48,116 nt of DNA. Origin: Planctomycetota bacterium. GTDB taxonomy: Bacteria > Planctomycetota > PLA2 > JAEUHO01. Below the pieces are notes generated by a model. That model was not told where the DNA came from. It did not search any database and saw only the letters and a list, made by a program, of their open reading frames with translations. Position numbers and translations under genes: made by a program. The DNA lies in NCBI GenBank assembly GCA_965222115.1, contig CBDCTJ010000006.1, positions 1 through 48,116 on the forward strand, in the 5' to 3' direction. Shown here piece by piece: positions 23,797-33,378 of the stretch (the stretch's first letter is position 1; every line of letters starts with the position of its first letter).

Positions 23797-26619
23797 CTAC
23801 GTTTTCTGCGCGGTTGATCGAGATTCTTGTATATACCTTAGAATGCGAATAAATCCAGGTTTCTTACGATATACAGGACCAGTTTTGTATACACAATTAT
23901 GGCGTACCAATACGCCTATAATAATTTTGGTTTCGTAACCGTCAATACCTGTAAAGTCAGCCATATCTGCTGCTGAAAATGCTTGAGTACCTAGTAGACC
24001 TTTTATAAAAGCGTCTTTATCAGATATTTTTTCAAGTATTTTGATTACAATACGTTCATCTACTGTGTCATCATCTGCTTGTGTTTCAGAATACCAATCG
24101 TAACCCATAGATGGTTTATCATAGCATTCTTGCATAAACTCTACTGCGAAATCAACACAATCTTCGTCCACTTCCAAAATCTCCCCGTTTGTAGTCCTAA
24201 AGGTTTTTGCAGCAACTGCACATGCTATTCTGGCAATTTTGTATCGTACATTTTCTACTTGAACTAACGGTACAGATGATGTATATTTACTACCTAAAAT
24301 TTTAGCATAATTTAAGCATGCATGAATAGCATCATCTGTAAATCGTACCTGATCAGGTCGTCTAGACCAAGCCCACATAATTAGTTTTCTGCTAGCATCT
24401 TTAGGATAAGGTGACTTAATTTCTTTAGGTGTAGGCATGTTTATTAAGTTTTCAGATACCTCACCTTGAGCTACTGTGAGAGCTAAATCAAATCTAGCAA
24501 TATCTTCACTATGCCCTATAAACTCATCTATAGTATTAACACCATAATCGTAATGGCGCATTAGTCTACCTGATCTAGGATTAGTTAGCCATATTAGTCT
24601 AGTTCTAGCTAATGTACGTTCAGACTGAATTTTTTGAACTTCTGCAATACCTTCTGATCTAAGGCGACTCATACGCCCAATGTCATCTTTAGACATTGAT
24701 TTAGCTTCATCTAATACAACTAACCTTCGATCGCCTAACGGAATTTTACCCCAAATAATTTGCCATGCATTACCAATTTGTTGCATACCACCAACTAAAC
24801 CAGCAAATGTACAGTTTTCTCCTGATACTACTTCACCTAGTCCATAGTATTGAACAAGTCGCTCAGCTGTGTAACCTTTACCGCAGCGAGTATCGCCAAT
24901 AACTAGTATGTCCATCCATCCTTTAGGAATAATTTCGGAGCCAAAGGTAAAACCTTGAACGCTATGAAAAGCTAAGTCACAAAGAAGCCATAAATCATCA
25001 CGACCTCGAATTTTAGTAATATTAGTAGAAGCATATTTAGCTTGCTCATTGAAAGTTTCTCTAATATTTGCTGTACGAAACATATACAGTTTTGACGATT
25101 CTTCGGGAGTTAAGTGAAACTTATCTATACTATCTTGTACTGGCATTGCAGATAGTATAACTAACACAGTTTCTTGAGTTTTAGGATCATTTGTAAGGTA
25201 GCCTCTTAAGTCGTAGCCTTTATTTGCATCAATGTGACAGTTAACAGCATACGCACTTTGAATTAGATAACTACCTTCAGTTTCTTCAATATCTAGCTCA
25301 GGCACAAGTGAAACATAAGTTACTTGATGCACTGTTTCAGTATTGAATGATGCAGAACATTTACGTTTAATACCTGCCCTTGATTTTAATGTAAGTCCAA
25401 CTCCTGTGTCAGTACCTCTACATAGCCCTATAATAGTTCTGTCATTTTCTGGAATAACGTCTAGTTTTTTTCCATTTGATGCTTTAAGTGGGCAGCCATC
25501 GCATTTTTGTGTCGCATCAGGATCGCACATTTGCCAGTACTTTTTGGGTACCAGCCACGGTGTTTGAGACTTGCCGACAACGTGAGCTCTGACTTCAACA
25601 TTTTTATCGAAATTAGCAGGGTCCCTAAGCTGTCGTAAACTGAGTCTACGATACTCGCCTCTAGTTTTCTTATCAGGGAGCACAGCTCTATACAAAGTAG
25701 CTGAATCTTCGATAAGCTGCTTGAATTCTTCAATGGTATGAGGTCTAGGATGCATCCCGAGACGGTAGTCTGAGTAGTCACCACCTTGGATTCCTTCGAC
25801 GGGCAGTATAACAATTTTGATAGATGCGGCAATGCCTCTGAGTTCAGTCGCTCTACTTTTAGCTCCAGTGATTCCGGTGTTAGTTTTGTCATTGAGATCC
25901 GGCACGATGATAACATGCTTGTCTCTGAATTGTTCCTTAAGCTTTCTGAAACCTGTTTTACCACCTGTTGTAAGGGTAATTGAGTTAAGTCCGTCTTGAT
26001 CGGCAAGTGCGGCATCTCTTTCTCCTTCAAATAAAACTACCGTTTGGTATTCCATATTGCGAATTGGCCAAAGTCGCGTCCCACCGTAACCAGTTCTATA
26101 CGATATAGTTTTAGGAATTCCTGATGGTTTAGGTCGTTTCCAGTAATATTTTCTTACATCAACTACCCATCCTGCTTCATTATGAATAGGAATCCATATT
26201 CTTTCAGTGTCTGGAGATAGTCCAAATTCGAGTTTTGTAATGGTATCTCTAGTAAGACCCATTTTACTTTCTATATGGGCAAGAACTTCTTGGTGTCCTT
26301 CAAGACGTTCACGAGATAACTTAAGTTCTTCTTCTGGAACTAGAGGACTTATCCATTTGTTATGTAAGTCTTTAAGTGCTTCTTCAAAATCTAGTTGATT
26401 ATCTTGTTCGTGAAATCCTACTACAGAAGACGATTTATGGGAGCATGCATGACAATATGTCGCACCTGTTTCATCTTGTATTGATAATGACGTAACAGTA
26501 TCTTCATGAAATGGACATAGTACATTTGTACCAGGGGTCCATGTTGGAAATCGTTTTGTGTAATACGCTACAATATCCACATGTGCAGCTACAATATGCT
26601 TGTAATCGCCTAGCTTCAC
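23797..26619 (-). CDS. Primase-helicase: CHC2 zinc finger + TOPRIM + MCM-like AAA+ helicase
   Basis: CPFHED...CHAC; FEGERD and PDLND TOPRIM motifs; ILVIGDTRCGKG, VVLDEA, NP, RFDL MCM motifs. Confidence 0.9.
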   Translation of the reverse strand: MKLGDYKHIVAAHVDIVAYYTKRFPTWTPGTNVLCPFHEDTVTSLSIQDETGATYCHACSHKSSSVVGFHEQDNQLDFEEALKDLHNKWISPLVPEEELKLSRERLEGHQEVLAHIESKMGLTRDTITKLEFGLSPDTERIWIPIHNEAGWVVDVRKYYWKRPKPSGIPKTISYRTGYGGTRLWPIRNMEYQTVVLFEGERDAALADQDGLNSITLTTGGKTGFRKLKEQFRDKHVIIVPDLNDKTNTGITGAKSRATELRGIAASIKIVILPVEGIQGGDYSDYRLGMHPRPHTIEEFKQLIEDSATLYRAVLPDKKTRGEYRRLSLRQLRDPANFDKNVEVRAHVVGKSQTPWLVPKKYWQMCDPDATQKCDGCPLKASNGKKLDVIPENDRTIIGLCRGTDTGVGLTLKSRAGIKRKCSASFNTETVHQVTYVSLVPELDIEETEGSYLIQSAYAVNCHIDANKGYDLRGYLTNDPKTQETVLVILSAMPVQDSIDKFHLTPEESSKLYMFRTANIRETFNEQAKYASTNITKIRGRDDLWLLCDLAFHSVQGFTFGSEIIPKGWMDILVIGDTRCGKGYTAERLVQYYGLGEVVSGENCTFAGLVGGMQQIGNAWQIIWGKIPLGDRRLVVLDEAKSMSKDDIGRMSRLRSEGIAEVQKIQSERTLARTRLIWLTNPRSGRLMRHYDYGVNTIDEFIGHSEDIARFDLALTVAQGEVSENLINMPTPKEIKSPYPKDASRKLIMWAWSRRPDQVRFTDDAIHACLNYAKILGSKYTSSVPLVQVENVRYKIARIACAVAAKTFRTTNGEILEVDEDCVDFAVEFMQECYDKPSMGYDWYSETQADDDTVDERIVIKILEKISDKDAFIKGLLGTQAFSAADMADFTGIDGYETKIIIGVLVRHNCVYKTGPVYRKKPGFIRILRYIQESRSTAQKT

Positions 26620-26641
26620 AAACGACCTTCCTTGAGTAGAT

Positions 26642-26666
26642 AAAAAATGGCCCCCTCTCAGGGACC
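26642..26666 (-). terminator. Rho-independent terminator
   Basis: GGUCCC-UGAGA-GGGGGCC hairpin then AUUUUUU. Confidence 0.7.
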
Positions 26667-26723
26667 TGTAACTTTCTGTTTTATGGCGTAGTTATAAGCG
26701 CCAGTGCCGACTTGCCCACGCGG

Positions 26724-27173
26724 CTACATACCGAGTTTACCACCTCCAGATTGCGTAGCAGTATCTGAGTCATCTACTTCTACACGTCGCTGTGGATAAA
26801 TGTTGCAGAATCCATCTTTATTTTTAACTTGACCTAAGTATGTAATTCCAGTTAACGCAGGGCCACACCACTTAGGAATCTCAGATAATTGAGCTGGTGG
26901 AGCAACTTCCAATTTTAGCATATTACGCTTAAACCATGTCATACTGTTAGCATTATCTAGTCCTTGATATTGCCAAACAGTTTTGCCAGCATGTTCGCCT
27001 ACAACTACTTTAAGTTTAAGACCCATTTGTAGTCGACCACTAGCTTGAGACTTACCTACACTAGCTTCTACAATTTCAAACGTCATCATACCGTCAGGTA
27101 AATTGGTACCACCTGATTCTGCTTTATCCCAGTCATCCTGGAGTTTAGCAAGTTCATCTTCTACTGAGCTCAT
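26724..27173 (-). CDS. Single-stranded DNA-binding protein (DUF669-like)
   Basis: LPDG...IVEASVGKSQASG...LKLKVVVGEHAGKTVW pattern; follows the Sak4-like gene. Confidence 0.75.
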   Translation of the reverse strand: MSSVEDELAKLQDDWDKAESGGTNLPDGMMTFEIVEASVGKSQASGRLQMGLKLKVVVGEHAGKTVWQYQGLDNANSMTWFKRNMLKLEVAPPAQLSEIPKWCGPALTGITYLGQVKNKDGFCNIYPQRRVEVDDSDTATQSGGGKLGM

Positions 27174-27176
27174 AAG

Positions 27177-27953
27177 TTATTCCTTAGTGTCTGTGTTGGT
27201 GTTTGTGTCTGCAGTATCAACATTTGATTCTACATGCTTTCCTGAAATAAACCTTTCAATAAGGTTATAGTCCATAGGAAATTTAGCTGGTAGTGTGCCA
27301 GTTCTATCTTTGCAATAAGCGTATTCACTAGGCTCTGATCGACACCTATGAACCTTTTTAAATTTGCTATCTTTAGGATCCTGAACTTCAACTACTTCAC
27401 AAAGAATCATTACATCTACAAGAGGAATAATAACTTTTGCACCAGTATTAGTAAGACTTGGTTTCATACAAGTAATAGTTGTACCACGCTCCTTTTTTTC
27501 AAAAAGTTGTGCATGCCCTACAAATACTAAACCTTGCTTCATACGAGACATATACCCAAGAACAATCTTGAACTCGTCTCGAAGTGCTGCCCATCCTTTA
27601 CCCCATTCAAGGTCAGATGGATGTGCGATTCCTTTAGCTTCACACACATGTTTTTCACACATTAGAAACAGTAAGTCAACAGTATCAACTACAACTGTTC
27701 CAAACTGTTCAGCTTCAGGATCTTGTTCTACTAGAAGCTTAAGAATTGCTTTAAAGTCAGCCCAACATGAAATAGATTTTTTATAAACTGAAAGAAAACC
27801 TACACCTTCCTCAGTACACAAAAATAATGGATCTCTAAACTTAGAAGCAAGAGTAGTTTTACCTACACCAGGTTCACCGTAAAAGTACCATCTAACTTTA
27901 TTTGGATCTCTTACAGGTTCTGTCTTTTTAGTTGGTAAGGTCAGTGATGTCAT
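27177..27953 (-). CDS. Sak4-like ssDNA-annealing ATPase (AAA_24)
   Basis: YGEPGVGKTT, TEEG, TVVVDT, WGKGW, FVGH, KDRTG motifs; ATG 27953 has GAGG RBS. Confidence 0.88.
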   Translation of the reverse strand: MTSLTLPTKKTEPVRDPNKVRWYFYGEPGVGKTTLASKFRDPLFLCTEEGVGFLSVYKKSISCWADFKAILKLLVEQDPEAEQFGTVVVDTVDLLFLMCEKHVCEAKGIAHPSDLEWGKGWAALRDEFKIVLGYMSRMKQGLVFVGHAQLFEKKERGTTITCMKPSLTNTGAKVIIPLVDVMILCEVVEVQDPKDSKFKKVHRCRSEPSEYAYCKDRTGTLPAKFPMDYNLIERFISGKHVESNVDTADTNTNTDTKE

Positions 27954-28935
27954 AGTGTGGAACCTCTTCAAATTGCTTTTCACGAATACGGAAGTATTGT
28001 AAAACGTCCGGATCAGACCCTCTGTCCATTCCCCAACATATAGGCCAATACCTACAAGAGCTACCGTATTTACCTAAACAAGAATCAGTATTTTGTGGAA
28101 AGTGCCTACTATCGTAACACTTTTTCATTTGGTTAACCCAATAACCCTGAGCTTGCTCATACCATTCTAGATCTTTTTTAGATATAGGAATAAATTCTCT
28201 ATGAAAATACTTATCAGGATTATTAAGGTATTCGTTCATTAATCTGGCATTAAATGCTTCTTGTGTTTCGGTTTTCTTTAAACGTATGCCTGGTTTTTTA
28301 ATAACGTTTATACACACACCCATAGGTGCTTTAGCTAATACACCCATTTGATGAGCTCTATGCGCTGCCCATGCATAATTATGTGGTTGAAATCCTAAAT
28401 GCCATTTCATAAGGTAATTGTGTGATGTTTGACCACCGTATGTTTTATGTTCGTTAACCCAAAAGTGACCGTCAGGAGTATGAACACCAACCATGTCCAT
28501 TCTACCAACATTTCTAGTTTCACCATCAACCCACGTTAAGTCAAATCCTAGTTCTGTTTGTACATTTTTCCATGTGTCTCTACGATCTTTAACACCATAG
28601 TGTTTAGCGTATCCTAAAAGCATTCCTGCAATAATAGAAATTTCTTTGTTTACTTTTGCTTGTTGGTCTTCAGGTACAAAAATAGTCTGTAGTTTAGCCC
28701 AAACATTATTTTGAACTGTTTGAACTATTTCGCGAGGATGCTCACCTTTATAAAATCGTTCAAGACCGTCATGTATGGCATCGCCAATAAAAAAGGGTAC
28801 ATATATACCTTCAGGCGTTAGTTGGCGAAGAAATTGAAGCTCATACTTTCTAGGACACTCTCTAAAAGCAGCCATAGATGAAGCTGACATTGCTTTTCTA
28901 CCTACCCATGGAGGTAATGCTCGTAAATTAGACAA
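27928..28935 (-). CDS. PD-(D/E)XK exonuclease (RecB/Cas4-like)
   Basis: ECPRKY, GDAIH, GRMD, EHKT, Q...Y, C-terminal C...C...C. Confidence 0.88.
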   Translation of the reverse strand: MSNLRALPPWVGRKAMSASSMAAFRECPRKYELQFLRQLTPEGIYVPFFIGDAIHDGLERFYKGEHPREIVQTVQNNVWAKLQTIFVPEDQQAKVNKEISIIAGMLLGYAKHYGVKDRRDTWKNVQTELGFDLTWVDGETRNVGRMDMVGVHTPDGHFWVNEHKTYGGQTSHNYLMKWHLGFQPHNYAWAAHRAHQMGVLAKAPMGVCINVIKKPGIRLKKTETQEAFNARLMNEYLNNPDKYFHREFIPISKKDLEWYEQAQGYWVNQMKKCYDSRHFPQNTDSCLGKYGSSCRYWPICWGMDRGSDPDVLQYFRIREKQFEEVPHYDITDLTN

Positions 28936-29149
28936 ATTTAATCTCCTTACTAGGTAAGGACACTTCCATCATATCTTTTTGAAGTTCCAAGTCTTCTATG
29001 AACTCCTTTAAGAGAAGTAAGATGGCGTGACCGGTTGCCATGTTTCGATGTTTGCAAAATTTCTCAAACCGTTCATACAAGTCTGGATCAGAGAAATATA
29101 AGCTTTTATTTCTACTTTTAGGATTAGGTTTGTTTTTCATGTCTGCCAT
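28928..29149 (-). CDS. Ribbon-helix-helix DNA-binding protein (start may be 29140)
   Basis: KSLYF strand followed by two helices (PDLYERFEKFCKHRN, TGHAILLLLKEFIE). Confidence 0.7.
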   Translation of the reverse strand: MADMKNKPNPKSRNKSLYFSDPDLYERFEKFCKHRNMATGHAILLLLKEFIEDLELQKDMMEVSLPSKEIKFV

Positions 29150-29151
29150 AT

Positions 29152-29160
29152 ATTATACTG
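29152..29160 (-). promoter_or_regulatory. -10 element (cagTATAAT)
   Basis: Same cagTATAAT context as the promoters at 23750 and 13080. Confidence 0.55.
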
Positions 29161-29175
29161 CATTGTATAAGCGAT

Positions 29176-30624
29176 TTAGCTGGTTTTCTGTTTATCTCGC
29201 TTGATTCGTTGTAAAATTTGTGCCTTAGATGTAAATCCTCGGCAATCCATACGTGCTTGGCCTACTGCTAGAGCTACTGCTTCATCCTCGGCATCTTCCA
29301 TTACAACATCAATGTGATTTAGTAAACGATATTTTTGTCCAGGTCGGTCAAATCGCATCTCTGCTTGCATACGAGATTCTACAATAGGCGAATTACTATA
29401 CCATATTGCTGTATCACACGTAACTAATTCATTTAAACCAAATCCCATGTCTGCTTGTGCTACACAAATTCTAGTTTCTGGATTATTTAGCATATTAAGC
29501 ATACCTGCATCGTTACGCTTAGCTGTATTACTACCGCGAAGTGAGACTACACCTACTTTAAGTTTTTTCAAAGCATCTAGTATAGAGTCAATTTCATTAT
29601 TAAATCTAGCCCATATTGTTATTTTAGGTCCACTTGGTGATAAATGATCTGTCATTTCTGCTGATATGCATTCAATTAAGCTATCTAATTTTGGGTTTTT
29701 GTTAAGCCAATAAGTGCCACCACCTTGCTCAGCAGGTATATTAATAAAGCCTGAACATATCTGTAACTTTTTCATAAACCCTACAGCAGGATTTGTTATC
29801 ATCCATGCTGAATTATTTGGCATAATAACGCAACCATTTGTAAGCATAGCTATCCAATGCTTTTGTTCATTAGACAATTTTGCTTGTAGCATACGATTTG
29901 ATACTCTGATGGGTATGCGAACATCATCCGTTTTCATAATAAAACTGTTTTCACTGACTACCTGTAAGAGACGTTGGCGAGCACCTGGCTTAAGGATAAG
30001 ATCATAGCCCATTTTATTAAAGAAAGATCTTTGAAATGACCAGTAAGTTGCACCTAACGGGTTACGATCTTTAATTGTATCAAATTGAAAGTAGTAGTCC
30101 TCTTTTTTCTGAGGTGCCATTTCACCTGTCATAACACATCTAAATATAACTGATGGTAATTTAGCAAGCTTTCTAATTGCTTGAGTACGTTTGCTATTTC
30201 GCTTAATTGCTGTAGATTCATCAACTAAAATTGCATGTGGTTGCAATGCTGCTAATTCATTATAGCAGGTTTTAGCACTATCATAATTAGTTAGAATAAT
30301 TAGTGTTATGCGTGGACTTCTAAAGCTGCTAGAAATATGTCCGACGATTTTTCGTATACGAGCTGTACCACCAGCAGCTTCGTATAATTCAGAGACACAA
30401 TGTTTTCTGATCTCTCTACCTGTAGTTTTTATGTTATTCTTGCGGGTAAAGTAGATTACGGTCGTGATGCGTGAGTCTCTTATCACGCGAGTGAGTGCTA
30501 CGCGAGTTTTTCCAGTAGAGTAACCCATGATAAGAGCAGCTTCATCATGATCGCGTACATAAGCTTCTGCTGGTTTCTGATACTCAAAGTCACCAGTAGC
30601 TTCAGTCAGCATCTCCGACGTCAT
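29176..30624 (-). CDS. SNF2-family helicase
   Basis: STGKT, VDEST, MTG, NPKL, IWARF, GFGLN, QAEMRFDRPGQ motifs. Confidence 0.88.
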   Translation of the reverse strand: MTSEMLTEATGDFEYQKPAEAYVRDHDEAALIMGYSTGKTRVALTRVIRDSRITTVIYFTRKNNIKTTGREIRKHCVSELYEAAGGTARIRKIVGHISSSFRSPRITLIILTNYDSAKTCYNELAALQPHAILVDESTAIKRNSKRTQAIRKLAKLPSVIFRCVMTGEMAPQKKEDYYFQFDTIKDRNPLGATYWSFQRSFFNKMGYDLILKPGARQRLLQVVSENSFIMKTDDVRIPIRVSNRMLQAKLSNEQKHWIAMLTNGCVIMPNNSAWMITNPAVGFMKKLQICSGFINIPAEQGGGTYWLNKNPKLDSLIECISAEMTDHLSPSGPKITIWARFNNEIDSILDALKKLKVGVVSLRGSNTAKRNDAGMLNMLNNPETRICVAQADMGFGLNELVTCDTAIWYSNSPIVESRMQAEMRFDRPGQKYRLLNHIDVVMEDAEDEAVALAVGQARMDCRGFTSKAQILQRIKRDKQKTS

Positions 30625-30660
30625 TTGCGTCTCCTAAAGGAACTTTAGTATTACTACTGT

Positions 30661-30689
30661 ATTATACAGTATGAAAACGCAAATGTACA
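30661..30689 (-). promoter_or_regulatory. Promoter for the replication region
   Basis: ctgTATAAT at 30661-30669; TGTACA 17 nt upstream of TATAAT; AGGAG RBS downstream. Confidence 0.6.
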
Positions 30690-30692
30690 GTT

Positions 30693-31049
30693 TTAATCAC
30701 CACTAGAACTATTTAGTGAAGATGCTATTTTGTTAAGAGATTTAGAAATTTCTATTAGACGACTGTTCATTCTGTCTAAACGTTGTTCAAGTGCTTTGGA
30801 ACTAGCTCTAGTTTCTGCTCGCCATTCTTCCAAAGATCTTATTCTAGGACGTAAATCTTTTTCAATTTTAACTTCATTTTGATTTGCATGTTTATCAGCA
30901 GCACTAGCAGTACTAGCTACTGACCCGTAATGCATAGATAATGCAGCTGTAGTAACTACAACAGATACAGCAGCTGTAACTAATGCTCTAACCCAATTGG
31001 GAATTACTAAAGACCCCTCACTTTGTTCACCCATTGGGTACTCCCTCAT
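30693..31049 (-). CDS. Single-TM coiled-coil protein (holin-associated or i-spanin-like)
   Basis: N-terminal hydrophobic helix then long heptad region. Confidence 0.6.
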   Translation of the reverse strand: MREYPMGEQSEGSLVIPNWVRALVTAAVSVVVTTAALSMHYGSVASTASAADKHANQNEVKIEKDLRPRIRSLEEWRAETRASSKALEQRLDRMNSRLIEISKSLNKIASSLNSSSGD

Positions 31050-31063
31050 TGTACCAGTAAAAA

Positions 31064-31249
31064 TTACTGAATTTTCTTCTTAGCTACTACTCGCCCTATA
31101 ATTACCATAATAGCAGAAACAGCTTCAGCTACTATAGCAATAGTTTTAAGTAGTTGGTCTTCTGTAACGTTGCCAAGTATCATAGCACCTATAAGAGCTA
31201 AGGCTGCTTGAATTGTTTTGGATTGCCACCACTTTTTTGTTTCTTTCAT
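31064..31249 (-). CDS. Probable holin
   Basis: 61 aa, KKWWQSKTI start, two hydrophobic helices, basic IGRVVAKKKI end. Confidence 0.7.
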   Translation of the reverse strand: MKETKKWWQSKTIQAALALIGAMILGNVTEDQLLKTIAIVAEAVSAIMVIIGRVVAKKKIQ

Positions 31250-32193
31250 ACCAATTTTACCAATCCGCCACAGCTACGAATAGCATATGGCATATCTACT
31301 CCAAAAGTTAAGTCTCTACCTGTATGGTCTGGACCACCTGCAAATAGCAAATTAGTAGCATGTAGATCTCGACCTGCAATCATGCTAGCACCTGAATGAC
31401 CACCTTGCGAAAAATCACCACCTCCAGGTTTAGTAGCCACAGTAACATTGTTAAAGTAGGCAATACCATTATCGTATGCTACAGGTTGCCCTTTAACACC
31501 CATAGCAATATATTCACCTTTTTGTGAACCAATAGTTCTACCATCGTTTCCAACTTCTTGATTCATATCTTCAGGTTGCGTAGATCGAATACCCTTAATA
31601 TCGCTATCAAACACATGAGACCATCTAGTAAGAACGTCAACATTGCGTAACTTAATAGACGCAGCATCTGTCATGTTAGTTGCAGTAAAAGAAATAGGTA
31701 CATACCTATATAATGACCCAATTGCTTTATTACCTTGATTAATTACATGTCCAGGTAAAAGTTTGTTTACCCCAGCAGCTACATGATTATTTGTCATCCA
31801 CAACAAAACATTTGGGTCTTCTGCGCTAGGTACAGGTAATGATCCTGTACCTACCCATGGCATACCCAGTGGACTAATTTGCGAACCTGATACTAATACT
31901 TTTTGGGTTCGTTGAAAAAATTGAGCCGTAGCCCTAGCTTTAGGGACTTTAGGAGTATAAACAATATCTGTTTCTTTAGGCGCATACGATTTAATAGTAT
32001 CAGCTTGTTTAAGATCTCTAGCAAGTACAAAAAGTCTAAATGATTTACCTTTCTTTGTATACCCAACAGCAGCACCTGGAATAGGTGCGTCTTCAGTAGA
32101 CTCTGAAAATGCTTTAGCTGCATCTGTTTTTGGTTCTGGAACTAAGTCGTCCCACAACTCAGTCATTAATGACTTTACACTTGTGTATCTCAT
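31246..32193 (-). CDS. Trypsin-fold serine protease, Nal1-like
   Basis: TNNHV (His), TDAA (Asp), FSQGGHSGA (Ser), LLFAG; N-terminal pro-domain-like region; no signal peptide. Confidence 0.8.
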   Translation of the reverse strand: MRYTSVKSLMTELWDDLVPEPKTDAAKAFSESTEDAPIPGAAVGYTKKGKSFRLFVLARDLKQADTIKSYAPKETDIVYTPKVPKARATAQFFQRTQKVLVSGSQISPLGMPWVGTGSLPVPSAEDPNVLLWMTNNHVAAGVNKLLPGHVINQGNKAIGSLYRYVPISFTATNMTDAASIKLRNVDVLTRWSHVFDSDIKGIRSTQPEDMNQEVGNDGRTIGSQKGEYIAMGVKGQPVAYDNGIAYFNNVTVATKPGGGDFSQGGHSGASMIAGRDLHATNLLFAGGPDHTGRDLTFGVDMPYAIRSCGGLVKLV

Positions 32194-32630
32194 TTAACTA
32201 CTGTTACCTTACTTTTAGCTTTCTTAACAACCATATTGTTACGAAAAGATACCATAATAGCCCATTGATCGCTATCTATAGTAATACGCCAAGTTACTAG
32301 ATTGTCTTCACCAGGATTCTCTTCAGGATCTTCGTAAGGTGTTCCAAGAAGAGATAGAACTTTTTCATAAGATGCTCCCGCCTCAATACCTTCAAAATCG
32401 TTGCCTGGATCAGTAGGAGGCGGGAGCGGTGGGTTTACAGGTTCATCAGGATTATTTGGTTCTCCTGGGTCTATTGGCGATACAGGGGGATCACCTAAAG
32501 GGTTATCAGGAGGTGCTGGAGGGGGGGAGATGGGAGGATATGTGGGTGGAAATCCTAAATCGTCGTTTAGGCGAGCGGTACACCCACATACAAGCAGACC
32601 AAACAAAATAGCTACTACTGTTTTACCCAT
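32190..32630 (-). CDS. Pro-rich lipoprotein with SmpA/BamE-like C-terminal domain
   Basis: Signal ending LVCG-C; PP-rich linker; FEGIEAGASYEKVLSLLGTP motif. Confidence 0.7.
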   Translation of the reverse strand: MGKTVVAILFGLLVCGCTARLNDDLGFPPTYPPISPPPAPPDNPLGDPPVSPIDPGEPNNPDEPVNPPLPPPTDPGNDFEGIEAGASYEKVLSLLGTPYEDPEENPGEDNLVTWRITIDSDQWAIMVSFRNNMVVKKAKSKVTVVK

Positions 32631-32664
32631 AATAGTTTAACCTAAATTGCAATATAGTATAAAC

Positions 32665-32985
32665 TTACTGAACGCAAGGATCCATACTAGTATATGGTAC
32701 AGTTTGATTATACGATTGTTGTGGTGTAAAAGGATCCCAGTTTAGTACAGCACCATCCCATACTACGCCAGCTTTAAATGTAAAGGGCCCAGCTGGAACA
32801 TTTACTGCAATAATTTCTTGAGGACCGACAACTCCAGGCTGTCCGTCTACAGCAGCACGTGCACTAGGTGTATACCCACTTTGAGCCAAAGCAGCTCGAG
32901 AAGACATACTAGTTCCTAGAATACCACATCCAGACAGCATTAGCATTGCGCTCAACATCATTAAAATCGTAGTAAAACGATTCAT
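32665..32985 (-). CDS. Lipoprotein
   Basis: Signal ending LSG-C lipobox; AGGAGG RBS. Confidence 0.75.
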   Translation of the reverse strand: MNRFTTILMMLSAMLMLSGCGILGTSMSSRAALAQSGYTPSARAAVDGQPGVVGPQEIIAVNVPAGPFTFKAGVVWDGAVLNWDPFTPQQSYNQTVPYTSMDPCVQ

Positions 32986-33378
32986 TTATACCTCCTCTTT
33001 TGGCATATTAAACGCCTCTATTAGTTTAGCCCATCTTTCACGACAACTAAGTCGTTTATGAGCATTTCTAGCCAAAGTTTCTGTAACTTTAGCAGGATCT
33101 TTTATTATATCGTTTGAGTTCCCATACGCGTAAGGATTACTCCACGTCTCTAAAACTTTATGTCCTAAAGGTAGTGAGCATGGTGCACCAAGTTTAAAAT
33201 TGCTTGCTGTTCTCCAGTATATTCTACCTTTAGAAGTACAACATTTAGCGAGGATTCTGGTAAACAGTTTTGTATGGCGGTATTTAAGATACCTAGCTAC
33301 AGGAAATGCGTAAATATGACCTTCATAATAAGGTCCACCGTCTACATTATTATCTTGATTAGTAATAACTAAAATCAT
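32986..33378 (-). CDS. Hypothetical protein
   Basis: 130 aa; ATGA overlap with the tail gene. Confidence 0.6.
   Translation of the reverse strand: MILVITNQDNNVDGGPYYEGHIYAFPVARYLKYRHTKLFTRILAKCCTSKGRIYWRTASNFKLGAPCSLPLGHKVLETWSNPYAYGNSNDIIKDPAKVTETLARNAHKRLSCRERWAKLIEAFNMPKEEV

Noticed and set aside
27928-28935. Cas4 as part of a CRISPR system
   Set aside because: No other cas genes; nuclease-Sak4-SSB is a standard phage recombination module.
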